From assembly GCA_965220365.1 (NCBI GenBank), contig OZ244823.1:2236413-2300412 (forward strand): DNA of 64,000 nucleotides. The letters run 5' to 3'. Source of the stretch: Rhodothermales bacterium (lineage in GTDB: Bacteria > Bacteroidota > Rhodothermia > Rhodothermales > Bin80). Below the pieces are notes generated by a model, which searched no databases, had not been told where the DNA came from, and worked only from the letters and a program-made list of their open reading frames with translations. Both the position numbers and the translations under genes were made by a program. Below are positions 10,053 to 19,508 of the stretch, piece after piece; within the stretch, counting starts at the first letter, position 1, and each line of letters begins with the position of its first letter.

Positions 10053-10976
10053 CTACTGGTTGCTTTTGGCAGATTGAATTCGATCAGAAATCTCTATTGA
10101 CAAGTTTTGTGCCTCGGTTACTTGATTGGATGTCATGTACGACTCGCGAAGCAAATTTTTTCGGGCAAGTGCCAATTGGTGCCCTTTCATGGCCGCAATG
10201 CTTAACCATGCATAAGCTCGAATGTTGAAATAGTTACAATCACTACAATCATTCCACAACAAATCTTTGTGTGGGAAGCTCCGTCTATTCATGTATTCCA
10301 TTCCTAGAGAATAATGATCACTGGCGTCTCCCTTTTCGGCGATTAATTCATACCACTTCATTGCCTCTTGTTCGTTCTTTGGAACGCCTCTTCCATCATC
10401 ATACATGCTCCCAAGGTTGTGCTGTGCTGTGGTGTCACCCTGCTCAGCTGCAAGGCGATACCATTTCAAAGCTTCTTGATAGTTCTCCGGTACGCCATGG
10501 CCATTTTCATACATAACTGCAAGATTCTTTTGAGCTCTGGCGTGCCCTTGTTTAGCTGTGAGTGTCCACCATTTCATAGCCTCCTGGTAGTTCTGCGGAC
10601 CTCCTTCCCCATTGTAGTACATAAATCCTAGGCTGCCTTGTGCGTGGGCGTGTCCTTGCTCGGCTGCGAGTCGAAACCACTTCAAAGCCTCCTGATCGTT
10701 TTTTGGGGCACCCTTCCCGTTGTAGTACACTCCTCCGAGGCTGTATTGTGCGTCGGCGAGTCCTTGCCCAGCTGCGAGTTTAAACCATTTTAATGCCTCT
10801 TTATCGTTCTCTTCAATTCCGTAACCATTTGCATAGGCGACTCCTAGCTTCCATTGAGCCTCAGCATTGCCTGACTCTGCCGCCTGATGTAACTGATCAA
10901 TACTCTGTGCTGCAATATAGCCGGAGTTCCCTGGTGCCAGAAGTATCAAAGAGAAAAGAAAAAACAAAAATCTCAT
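10053..10976 (-). CDS. Secreted Sel1-like repeat (SLR) protein
   Basis: Signal peptide followed by five canonical 36-aa repeats (AQxxLGxxYxxGxGxxxNxxEAxKWxxLAAEQG) and a degenerate sixth. Confidence 0.93.
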   Translation of the reverse strand: MRFLFFLFSLILLAPGNSGYIAAQSIDQLHQAAESGNAEAQWKLGVAYANGYGIEENDKEALKWFKLAAGQGLADAQYSLGGVYYNGKGAPKNDQEALKWFRLAAEQGHAHAQGSLGFMYYNGEGGPQNYQEAMKWWTLTAKQGHARAQKNLAVMYENGHGVPENYQEALKWYRLAAEQGDTTAQHNLGSMYDDGRGVPKNEQEAMKWYELIAEKGDASDHYSLGMEYMNRRSFPHKDLLWNDCSDCNYFNIRAYAWLSIAAMKGHQLALARKNLLRESYMTSNQVTEAQNLSIEISDRIQSAKSNQ

Positions 10977-11021
10977 AGGCTCATGATCAAATCTACAGCA
11001 GTTGTTCTGTTAAGAATCCGC

Positions 11022-11318
11022 TCATCTATTCAGTTGAGCAAGTTGGTAGCTGTGTGCTATGGCCGGGGCCGAAAATAATGGTTTGACCTCGGCCCAAGTC
11101 TCTTTAAATAGGTCCGACTCCCGATAGGACTTCAGACTTGACTCGGACTCCCATTCGCTATAGGTGGTGAATATGTTTGTCGACGTATTATCAACCCACA
11201 ACTCAAGCCGTTTGCATCCTTGCATCTGGCGAATTTTTGGAGCAACGGCCTGAAACAGTTGCTCAAATGATTTTGTGGCATCCGGTTGCAGCGTAAGCCG
11301 AACGATTCTAATCAGCAT
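11022..11318 (-). CDS. Antibiotic biosynthesis monooxygenase (ABM) family protein
   Basis: MLIRIVRL..IRQMQGC..FTTYSEWESESSLKSYRESDLF; ATG at 11318 overlaps the pyrF 3' end. Confidence 0.85.
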   Translation of the reverse strand: MLIRIVRLTLQPDATKSFEQLFQAVAPKIRQMQGCKRLELWVDNTSTNIFTTYSEWESESSLKSYRESDLFKETWAEVKPLFSAPAIAHSYQLAQLNR

Positions 11319-12147
11319 AGGAATTGACTGCATGGTTCAGTTCATCACGCAGATCCCGCGCGGCATTTGCCGCCATCTCGTCAAAGTCTTTGCCGGAGGA
11401 GGCATAGAGAATACCACGGCTGCTGCTTACGAGGACAGGCCCATCGGGAGTTGCTACACCTGCCACGACATCAATAGAACCTCCCTGCACTCCGATGCCA
11501 GGGATCAGGAAAGGTGTATCTGAATACAGTCTGCGTAGATCATGTAATTCTGTTGGATTGGTCGCCCCCACAACAAATCCAATGGATCCCGGGAGCTTTT
11601 CGCCCCATGTAAAGGCAAGATGAGCAACATGTGCATACAGAGGCTTCCCGTCGGCTATCAGGGATTGCAGCTGATCACTACTGGGATTCGAGGTTCGAAT
11701 CAGAACGAATACCGCGCGGTCTTTGTACGCCAGAAATGGTTTTACAGCATCCAAACCCATGTATGGCGCAACTGTGCAGCCGTCCGCTTCCAGCAAATCG
11801 AAGATGCTCTCAGCGTATTTGGAGGCTGTATTGCCAATGTCACCACGCTTTGCATCAATAATTCGAATTTTATCCTTGGGGATGAAGCCAATGGTGGTTT
11901 TCAGTACATCAAAACCACAACTCCCGAGACTCTCATAGAATGCAGCGTTGAGTTTGTAGGAACAGGCATAGGGAGCCGTAGCCTGAATGATCGCCTCATT
12001 GAACGCCAGAACAGCAGATTGGGGGGACCTATATTTTTTGCGCAGAGATTCCGGCAGCTTGTTCAGATCTGGGTCCAATCCCACGCAAACCATACTGTCA
12101 GAGATGGTCTGGGCAACATGCAGTCGTTGAATGAAGTCAGGCTTCAT
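11308..12147 (-). CDS. pyrF: Orotidine-5'-phosphate decarboxylase (subfamily 2)
   Basis: CVGLDP, DAKRGDIGNTA, RTSNP, VVGAT, LIPGIGVQGG, SSRGILYAS. Start uncertain (12147 versus 12171). Confidence 0.96.
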   Translation of the reverse strand: MKPDFIQRLHVAQTISDSMVCVGLDPDLNKLPESLRKKYRSPQSAVLAFNEAIIQATAPYACSYKLNAAFYESLGSCGFDVLKTTIGFIPKDKIRIIDAKRGDIGNTASKYAESIFDLLEADGCTVAPYMGLDAVKPFLAYKDRAVFVLIRTSNPSSDQLQSLIADGKPLYAHVAHLAFTWGEKLPGSIGFVVGATNPTELHDLRRLYSDTPFLIPGIGVQGGSIDVVAGVATPDGPVLVSSSRGILYASSGKDFDEMAANAARDLRDELNHAVNSYAD

Positions 12148-12369
12148 CACCGGGGAGGAGTTGAAGATCAATGATGGATCTTATAATACGAATGGGGGCT
12201 GGTTTTGCTCGGAACATAGAATGATCGTATCATAGAGTCCATAGGGGTGCTGTGAAATGTAAATAGATCTCACACCAGTGAACCAAAACCGAGTATAGGT
12301 ATATCCGAGTTGCAGCCTCGTATGGCTGAATTGTCAATTCATGTGAACCAAATCCAATCATCATCAACT

Positions 12370-13524
12370 ATGTCTACTGCCACCGAAATTCTAAAAATGC
12401 CTTCGCTCAGTCTGGGTATTGAGGAAGAATACCTGATTGTAGACCGCGATACAGGTAAGTTGATCCGTGAAGCATCCCCAATGATGTTGAAGGATGCCCG
12501 CCTAGCACTTGGCGAGCAGGTTTCGCAAGAGTTTTTTCAGTCCCAAATCGAAGTGGGCACAAATGTCTGCAAAACAGTCCAAGAGGCCCGCGAGGAACTG
12601 ATTCGATTACGCAGAACGGTATCCGATGTGGTCGATCCCTATGGGCTTGCAATTATTGCCTCCTCGTCGCACCCGAATGCATCCTATATCACCCAGAGAC
12701 ATACTCCACGGGAACGCTATGAAATTTTGGCACAGAACATGCAGGTTATTGCCCAGAGAATGGTGATTTGCGGAATGCACATACACGCTGGGATTGAAGA
12801 TTCAAATTTGCGGATTGATTTCATGAATCAGGCCACGTATGTATTGCCACACCTGTTGGCTCTGAGTTCGTCATCACCCTACTGGGAAGGCCAGGATACA
12901 GGACTGATGTCCTACCGGATTGCCGTGTGGAATGAAATTCCACGTACAGGGCTTCCAGAGCATTTTGAGAGTTATGCCGAATTTGAGCGGCACGTAGGCA
13001 TTCTCGTTCATGCCGGCGTGATCGAAGACAGTACCAAAATCTGGTGGGATATTCGGCCAAGTCACCGCTTTCCTACACTGGAAATGCGTGTGTCAGATAT
13101 TTGCACGAAAGTGGATGATGCGATCTGCATTGCAGCATTGTATCAATGCTGGTTGCATATGCTTTGGCGTCTGCGGCGCGAGAATCAGCGGTGGCGCAGT
13201 TATGCAAATATGCTTCTATATGAAAATCGTTGGCTTGCCCAGCGCTATGGAATTGATGGGGAACTCATTGATTATGGGAAGGGGCAGATGGTCCCATACC
13301 GGGAGTTGGTTGAAGAGCTGTTGGAGTTTATAAAGCCAGATGCGGAAGATCTTAGATGTGTTGAGGAGGTAGAGCATGCACGTACGATTCTGAAGCGCGG
13401 AACCAGTGCACATTGGCAACGAGAAGCTTATAGCGAGGCCCTTACAAAGGGAGCTACTCCTGAAGAAGCCACTAAAGCAATCGTGGATATGCTTATCGAG
13501 GAAACGATGAGCGGAGTATGGTAA
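12370..13524 (+). CDS. Carboxylate-amine ligase / glutamate-cysteine ligase 2 (YbdK family)
   Basis: LGIEEEYLIVD, CGMHIHAG, SSSSPYW, WWDIRPS..FPTLEMRVSD. Start taken at ATG 12370 (ORF track 12310). Confidence 0.92.
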   Translation: MSTATEILKMPSLSLGIEEEYLIVDRDTGKLIREASPMMLKDARLALGEQVSQEFFQSQIEVGTNVCKTVQEAREELIRLRRTVSDVVDPYGLAIIASSSHPNASYITQRHTPRERYEILAQNMQVIAQRMVICGMHIHAGIEDSNLRIDFMNQATYVLPHLLALSSSSPYWEGQDTGLMSYRIAVWNEIPRTGLPEHFESYAEFERHVGILVHAGVIEDSTKIWWDIRPSHRFPTLEMRVSDICTKVDDAICIAALYQCWLHMLWRLRRENQRWRSYANMLLYENRWLAQRYGIDGELIDYGKGQMVPYRELVEELLEFIKPDAEDLRCVEEVEHARTILKRGTSAHWQREAYSEALTKGATPEEATKAIVDMLIEETMSGVW

Positions 13525-14415
13525 TCACTCATCTGCTGGCGGGAAGATCGTAAACCGCACCTGATCTCTGGCAACACTTCCAAATACTCCATGTGCACCG
13601 GAGAGGCTTGGGATCACATTGGGGATCACGCCCGGTCCAAAGGTCCCGCCACCACCCTGTTGCAATTCAGCAGAACGGACGAAGCCTGCAAGGTTTTCGT
13701 CCAGCGCATTTACATAGATGATGTTACGGCCATAAAAATTGACCCCAATCCATGGATACACTAGCTCAATGGTTCCGTCAGGGAACCGGATAAAATTCCC
13801 CTCCGTGATGATCGGTGATGCGCTAGTCCGAAAATCCTCCAGAGTGAGTTCCTCATCATCTTCCAATAATCCAGAAACGGAAGGGACCATCGCTCCATCT
13901 CTGATATCCAGCGCTTCCGTCACCAGTGTGAAGCTGCTCTGAGACTGATCCGAGCCGCGGCCAGGCGTGACAATGAGTGTCAGTTGCTCATCGGACAGGT
14001 AGGTTCCTGATTCGCGCGAAGCGCTAAGGATTTTGACCGAAGTCGGAACATTGGTCGTTCCCGTGATGGTCGTCTCCACACCGGGTACGGTAACCAGTAA
14101 GTCATAGCGCGCACCGGGCTGGATGATATGTTCAGGCCCGAGATACTGGTAGCTGCCAGGTTTATTAGTGATGGGTCCCATCAGCAAGTTTGTTGTTCCC
14201 GTGCTGAGGATAACCTGTGCATTGCTCACGGCCAGGTCTTCGGGCTGGTTCATCTGATCGGTAGGTGCAAGCTTGCTCACACGGGCAGGGGGTAGGGGCT
14301 CACTCGCAACAAGCGTGAGCTCAACGACGATCTCATTGTCAAGCACACTGAAGTCGGTTGAATCACAACCGATAGCAACCAGAAACAGACCGGTAAAAAC
14401 TATCCGTCTCAGCAT
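13525..14415 (-). CDS. DUF4249-like lipoprotein
   Basis: Lipobox AIGC; GARYDLLVTV; C-terminal GAHGVFGS; coupled to the upstream TonB receptor, a usual pairing for this family. Confidence 0.7.
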   Translation of the reverse strand: MLRRIVFTGLFLVAIGCDSTDFSVLDNEIVVELTLVASEPLPPARVSKLAPTDQMNQPEDLAVSNAQVILSTGTTNLLMGPITNKPGSYQYLGPEHIIQPGARYDLLVTVPGVETTITGTTNVPTSVKILSASRESGTYLSDEQLTLIVTPGRGSDQSQSSFTLVTEALDIRDGAMVPSVSGLLEDDEELTLEDFRTSASPIITEGNFIRFPDGTIELVYPWIGVNFYGRNIIYVNALDENLAGFVRSAELQQGGGGTFGPGVIPNVIPSLSGAHGVFGSVARDQVRFTIFPPADE

Positions 14416-16727
14416 CAGAAATCTAGGGTAAATGACAGGTTCGGCAGAGGAATGGGAATCTGTGGGATCGTACTCCTGGACAGAGAGCCGTTATCTTCAA
14501 CCTCATTAAAAATAAACCAGACATTCTCTCTGGCATACGCGTTAATGACCTGCATCTGCAGCTCATAGTCGGCAAAGCGTCCTAGGGAACCACTCCAGGT
14601 AGCCCCAATGTCCAGTCGATGATAAGCAGGTAATCTTGCCTGATTCAGGCCGGGAGAAACCAGGAGATCTGTTTGGTCAAGCCCGTTAACGACCCTGGCC
14701 CCATAGACCGTATAAGTAGCTTCTGGCCGCGTATATGCCTGACCAGTTGCATAGGTGAATACAGCGCCCAGCTCCCATCGGCGGGAAATCCTCCATTGAC
14801 CGACCACATTCAGGTCATGAAGACGGTCATTACGCGGAGAAAAACTTTGTGGCACCCCATACGCATCCTGATTCAGTCGTGGGAAATACCGATTGGTGTT
14901 CGCCAGGGTATAGGCAATAAACCCGTTTACACGACCACTTTGGCGGGACAGCTGTACCTCAAACCCTTGCGCTCTCCCCTTACCAAAAGCAAACAATTCT
15001 GAGTATTCCAGTCCAGCGAGCCCTGTGCTGAATGGGTCCAGCACAAAAAGCTGTCTCATCGTCCGGTAATAAACCTCGGTATCCAATGTGATCCCCTCAA
15101 ACAGGTTGGTCTTTAGCCCGAGGATGTACTGATCCCCGTATGCAGGCTTTACGCCGTCCCCACTGGTTAACCAGAAGTCAAACCCTGAAAAGACTTCGTT
15201 CGTAATCAGGGTTAGGAACTGATAGTATCTTCCTGCACTTGCTTGCATCCGTACATCGGGTCCCAGTTGACGCTCCATTGAAAATCGCGGGGCCAATGTG
15301 AAGTAGCGGCCGTATCCATAGTAGGTCGCACGTAATCCTGCAGTGATAGACCAGTCTAGTGTTGGATGATAGGTATCCTGAAGATAGAGTGAGGCGTGCT
15401 CAACACGGTTGCGTGTATGAAAAACCTCTCTGTCATCAAAGAAATTGGTCAGGGGTGCGTTAAAAATTCCTGTCCAGAGTCCGCCGACGATTTCGTGCTT
15501 TGATCCTGCATAATATTCAAAATCTGCCCGTATCGAAGTTTCTGCGACCCGGTTTATCTGCTTAAAGTTGGTGCCACTAAAGGTTGCACTTGGGATAGAT
15601 TCGTACCAGGTTGAGGTGATGGTGGCATTTGTAAAGAACTGGTTGGACCATAAATGTATCCAGCTTCCAGTCACTGTGCGATTCCCATAAAGGAGTTTAA
15701 TTTCCACCCCTTCCGTAAAGGTGGAGCGGAGGTAGTCTGAGCCTGCATAGAATGAGAAAGAGAGTTTATCGTCGCGGGAGACATCAAGATTAACCTTCCC
15801 ATTAAAATCATAGAAGTAAAAAGCCCGGGGCACCGCATCAATATCACCCAGTGCACTGAGCAGCGGCTCCAGCGTTGAGCGTCTTAGAGCCACCATCCAG
15901 GAGCCTCGGGAATAGGGTCCTTCAGCAAATGCACGCGAAGCCAGCAAACCAACACTGAGTTTCCCATGGGTTTCACGCCGATTACCATCTTTGTTTTGCA
16001 CATCCAGGACGGATCCAATGACTCCACCATAGGTCGCAGGAAAGCCCCCTTTGTAGAGTCGGACATCCTTGATGGCATCGGTATTGAACGAGGAGAAAAA
16101 GCCAAAAACGTGGCTCGGATTGTAAATTTTCGTGCGATCGAGTAGGATTAATGTTTGACCGGGATCACCTCCGCGGATGTATAGCCCACTGGAGTAGTCA
16201 GAGGATTGTGCTACACCGGGCAAAAGCTGAAGGGACCGAAAGACGTCAGGTTCAAAAACCTGGGGCAATTGCTGGATCGTCGCTACGCTGATCTGACCGA
16301 CACCAATGGAGCGGATTTCTTCCTCCGTAATGCGGTCTGCAGAGATTTCAATGGCCTCAAGGAGTTCCTCGGTTGTCGTGAGCTCAACGTCAAGCCGGAC
16401 CGATTCTCCGGGAGCAAATGTGATCTCACGCCGGATTGTATCGAATCCGATGTAGGAAAAGCGGACGGTATAAGTCCCAGGTTCAATCCCGGAAACCGCG
16501 TAATAACCGGACAGGTTCGTGGTTGCTCCCCGGAATGTCCCCTCCACAAAAACATTCGCAGCAATCAGTGTCTCTCCATTGGACGCATCCGTAATGAATC
16601 CATCCAGCGCAGCCAGCTCCTGCCCCTGTGCAGAATGAATGATGAAACACCATCCAACCAGTAGAATGGCTCTCTTTATGACGGACACTACAAAATGGGA
16701 GACCAGTTCAGCAGCGGGGTGCGTCAC
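14415..16727 (-). CDS. TonB-dependent receptor with N-terminal carboxypeptidase-regulatory-like domain
   Basis: GFITDASNGETLIAANV..FSYIGF; EPDVFRSLQLLPGV; YIRGG..Q; LYKGGFPATYGG; RLPAYHRLD; terminal Phe. Confidence 0.92.
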   Translation of the reverse strand: MTHPAAELVSHFVVSVIKRAILLVGWCFIIHSAQGQELAALDGFITDASNGETLIAANVFVEGTFRGATTNLSGYYAVSGIEPGTYTVRFSYIGFDTIRREITFAPGESVRLDVELTTTEELLEAIEISADRITEEEIRSIGVGQISVATIQQLPQVFEPDVFRSLQLLPGVAQSSDYSSGLYIRGGDPGQTLILLDRTKIYNPSHVFGFFSSFNTDAIKDVRLYKGGFPATYGGVIGSVLDVQNKDGNRRETHGKLSVGLLASRAFAEGPYSRGSWMVALRRSTLEPLLSALGDIDAVPRAFYFYDFNGKVNLDVSRDDKLSFSFYAGSDYLRSTFTEGVEIKLLYGNRTVTGSWIHLWSNQFFTNATITSTWYESIPSATFSGTNFKQINRVAETSIRADFEYYAGSKHEIVGGLWTGIFNAPLTNFFDDREVFHTRNRVEHASLYLQDTYHPTLDWSITAGLRATYYGYGRYFTLAPRFSMERQLGPDVRMQASAGRYYQFLTLITNEVFSGFDFWLTSGDGVKPAYGDQYILGLKTNLFEGITLDTEVYYRTMRQLFVLDPFSTGLAGLEYSELFAFGKGRAQGFEVQLSRQSGRVNGFIAYTLANTNRYFPRLNQDAYGVPQSFSPRNDRLHDLNVVGQWRISRRWELGAVFTYATGQAYTRPEATYTVYGARVVNGLDQTDLLVSPGLNQARLPAYHRLDIGATWSGSLGRFADYELQMQVINAYARENVWFIFNEVEDNGSLSRSTIPQIPIPLPNLSFTLDF

Positions 16728-16744
16728 AATAGAAGTGAGTTTAG

Positions 16745-18004
16745 TTAGGTTAGGTACGGAGTCAAAGCGGAGGGGAACTCATACGAGCCGTCTTCCTTTT
16801 GGTTGTGCTCCAATAGCGCGGCAACGACTCTGGGTAGGGCAAGAGCACTGCCGTTAAGGGTATGTACCAATTGTGGCTTGCCACCGCCATCCGGCCGGAA
16901 TCGAATATTCATCCGGTGTGCCTGATAATCGGTGAAATTTGAAATGGACGAAACTTCCAGCCAGCGTTTTTGACCGGCACTCCAGACCTCTAGGTCGTAC
17001 TGTTTTGCCTGGTTAAATCCCAGCTCGCCCGCGCACATCAGCAGGCACCGGTAGGGGAGTTCCAGGGCTTTCAGGAGCTCTTCTACGTGGCGGCGCATCG
17101 CTTCCAACACGTCATAGCTTGCTTGAGGATGTGTAAACTGTACAATCTCGACCTTGTCGAACTGGTGCAGCCGGTTTAGCCCGCGCACATGTGCACCATA
17201 CGAGCCGGCTTCGCGTCGCCAGCACGGCGTATGTGCACAGAGTTTGATCGGCAAATCTGCTTCGGATAGAATTTCATCGCGGAAATAGTTTGTCAACGGT
17301 ACTTCTGCAGTCGGCACGGGAAAAAATCCGTCCTCAATAAAGTACATTTGTCCTTCTTTATCCGGCAATTGGCCGGTGCCCTGCGCGCTGGCCGCGTTCA
17401 CAAACAGAGGGGGCCGGACCTCGGTGTATTGCGGCGTTGCGGCATTCAGGAAAAAATTGATCAGCGCCCGATGCAATTTTGCCCCAGCATCCATATAAAA
17501 GGGAAACCCTGCTCCGGCAACTTTCGCGCCACGCTCAAAATCAATCATCCCGTGGCGGTTGGAGATTTCCCAGTGGGGGAGGGGCTCAAAGTCAAAGGAG
17601 GGAGGCTCACCGTGGTGATGGATCGTCACATTCTCTGCTTCGGTCAATCCCTCAGGAACACTCTCATGGGGAATATTGGGAATTGAAAGCAGCAGCCCTG
17701 AAAGCTGCTCTTCTGAATCTGTAACGGTTTGACCCAACTCTTTCACTTCCGCTTTCAGGTTTTTCTGCCGTTGGATCAGATCCGTAGCAGCCTCCTGGTT
17801 CCCCTCACGCATCAGGGTACCGATCGTTCGACTTGCCGAATTAATCTCCTGCTGTTTTGTTTGTTGAAGGGTCAATGCTTCCCGGAGAATGCGGTCCTGT
17901 TCAAGGATTTCATCAACAAGCTTGACATTCTCGGAAGCACCGCGAAAAGAAAGGGCCTGCCGGACTTCGTCTGGATTGGATCGGATAAATTCAACACCAA
18001 GCAT
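16745..18004 (-). CDS. serS: Serine--tRNA ligase
   Basis: PTAEVPLTN, CWRREAGSYG..RGLNRLHQFDKVE, YDLEVW, EVSSISNFTDYQ, HTLNGSALA. Confidence 0.98.
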   Translation of the reverse strand: MLGVEFIRSNPDEVRQALSFRGASENVKLVDEILEQDRILREALTLQQTKQQEINSASRTIGTLMREGNQEAATDLIQRQKNLKAEVKELGQTVTDSEEQLSGLLLSIPNIPHESVPEGLTEAENVTIHHHGEPPSFDFEPLPHWEISNRHGMIDFERGAKVAGAGFPFYMDAGAKLHRALINFFLNAATPQYTEVRPPLFVNAASAQGTGQLPDKEGQMYFIEDGFFPVPTAEVPLTNYFRDEILSEADLPIKLCAHTPCWRREAGSYGAHVRGLNRLHQFDKVEIVQFTHPQASYDVLEAMRRHVEELLKALELPYRCLLMCAGELGFNQAKQYDLEVWSAGQKRWLEVSSISNFTDYQAHRMNIRFRPDGGGKPQLVHTLNGSALALPRVVAALLEHNQKEDGSYEFPSALTPYLT

Positions 18005-18941
18005 CTTCAAAGGGAGATCCGGTCGAGGTCATTTGGCTGCGAAGGTGAAGATGTGCCAGGGCTTCTTTGAGCGACAGAGGGCGATAATCCAGCTCCGTTT
18101 CTGATTTCAAGATGACCAGCCCCGTGCGCTCGGGGCGCTGCGCCAACTGAGGTTTATCCTGTTGCACGATCGGTGTGATAAGTGTTGAATCAAGATCGAA
18201 AGCCTCTGCGATGGATTGGGCGAATTTATACATACTGAGGAATTCCCGTCCAGACAAGTTATACACACCGCTCTTTCGAAAGTGTACGAGGCGCAGAATT
18301 CCCATTGCAAGATCGTAGGTATAGGAAGGGGTGCGCCATTGGTCCGTGTAGACCTGAATTGGATGCTTATGGGTGAGTTTTTTGATGACCCATTGGACGA
18401 AGTCCGGTCGGGAGAGCCCGCTGGACCTACCGTAGACCACGTTGGTTCGGATGATCGCCAGTTTTCCCATGCATGCGGCACGCGCTGCATTTTCACCTGC
18501 CAGCTTTGATTTCCCGTAAAAATTCACTGGATCGGGACGGTCGTGCTCGTAGTAGGGCCCCTCTTTGCCATTGAACACAAAATCTGTGGAGAGTTGAATC
18601 AGGTGGGCACCTCGACCATGGCATAGTTTTGCGAGGTTTCCAACCGCTTCTGCATTTACACGCCAGCATGCATCACGGTCATTTTCGCAGTCATCCACTG
18701 CGGTCATTGCCGCACAGTTGATGACATATTCCGGCGAGAACTCATTGAAAATTTTTTGAGTTCCTCCCGGGTCACATACATCTAGGGGCTCGTAGGAATG
18801 ATCCAGGGATCTTTTCAGGCGCGATGCCGGGGCCCGCCCCGTGGCCAATAACTCGTAGGAGTCTCGTCTGGACAGCTGCCGAACGAGTTCTTGTCCCAAG
18901 AGCCCATTCGCCCCGGTAATCAATATGCGCTCAGTAGCCAT
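17991..18941 (-). CDS. dTDP-4-dehydrorhamnose reductase-like SDR (RmlD family)
   Basis: ITGANGLLG, NCAAMTAVD.CE, STDFVF.G, YGKSK (YxxxK), DQWRTPSY. Confidence 0.88.
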   Translation of the reverse strand: MATERILITGANGLLGQELVRQLSRRDSYELLATGRAPASRLKRSLDHSYEPLDVCDPGGTQKIFNEFSPEYVINCAAMTAVDDCENDRDACWRVNAEAVGNLAKLCHGRGAHLIQLSTDFVFNGKEGPYYEHDRPDPVNFYGKSKLAGENAARAACMGKLAIIRTNVVYGRSSGLSRPDFVQWVIKKLTHKHPIQVYTDQWRTPSYTYDLAMGILRLVHFRKSGVYNLSGREFLSMYKFAQSIAEAFDLDSTLITPIVQQDKPQLAQRPERTGLVILKSETELDYRPLSLKEALAHLHLRSQMTSTGSPFEDAWC

Positions 18942-18964
18942 CTCGTCCGCGAGCCATGATTGAT

Positions 18965-19501
18965 CTAAAGGTCCCTCTGGGAAATCGCCGCAATTAGATC
19001 ATCCTTGAGATATAGAGTGTCTTTAAGATCCAGGCGGCCTTTCAGGTGAAGGCGCAGTTCCCGTCGCATGGCCGCTTTCTCATAGCGCTCCTTTTCAAGA
19101 TCGGTTTTAGGATATATCGGATCTACCGGGGTTGACTTCCCATGCTGATCCACGGCGACGAATGTGAAATAGGCATGATTGCATTGGCGTCGTTCTTTTT
19201 GAAACAGATTTTCTGCCTCTACCAGAATCTCCACCTCCAGAGAGGTCCTGAATGCCCGGTTCACCCATGCCTCAATTGTTACCACTTCACCGAGTAGAAT
19301 CGGAGAATTAAATTCCACCGAATCGACGGACACAGTGACGCAGACGATCTCTGCATGGCGCATGGCGGAAATTGCAGCGCACTTATCCATCAGAGAAAGG
19401 AGGCGTCCCCCAAACATGCTGCCATAGGGGTTGGTGTCGTTCGGCTGGACGACTTCAGACATGGTAGTGCGCGAATCACCAGGAGTTTTTCGGGAACCCA
19501 T
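18965..19501 (-). CDS. Acyl-CoA thioesterase (hotdog fold, YciA-like)
   Basis: PNDTNPYGSMFGGRLLSLMD, VTVSVDSVEF, FRTSLEV, YFTFVAVD. Confidence 0.92.
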   Translation of the reverse strand: MGSRKTPGDSRTTMSEVVQPNDTNPYGSMFGGRLLSLMDKCAAISAMRHAEIVCVTVSVDSVEFNSPILLGEVVTIEAWVNRAFRTSLEVEILVEAENLFQKERRQCNHAYFTFVAVDQHGKSTPVDPIYPKTDLEKERYEKAAMRRELRLHLKGRLDLKDTLYLKDDLIAAISQRDL

Positions 19502-19508
19502 GAGATGC

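Noticed and set aside
10330-10870. 108-bp periodic DNA similarity, superficially array-like
   Set aside because: Coding Sel1 repeats with no repeat-spacer structure, so not CRISPR; the 72-bp periodicity in the LRR gene has the same explanation.
11620-12174. 184-aa ORF antisense to pyrF, and the many similar 60-190 aa overlapping ORFs in the track
   Set aside because: They lie opposite or out of frame within well-supported genes and have no family motifs.
12251-12274. TGTGA...TCACA inverted repeat in the pyrF/ybdK-like divergent region
   Set aside because: The spacer is 14 nt, not the 6 nt of a CRP site, and 5-bp arms arise easily by chance.
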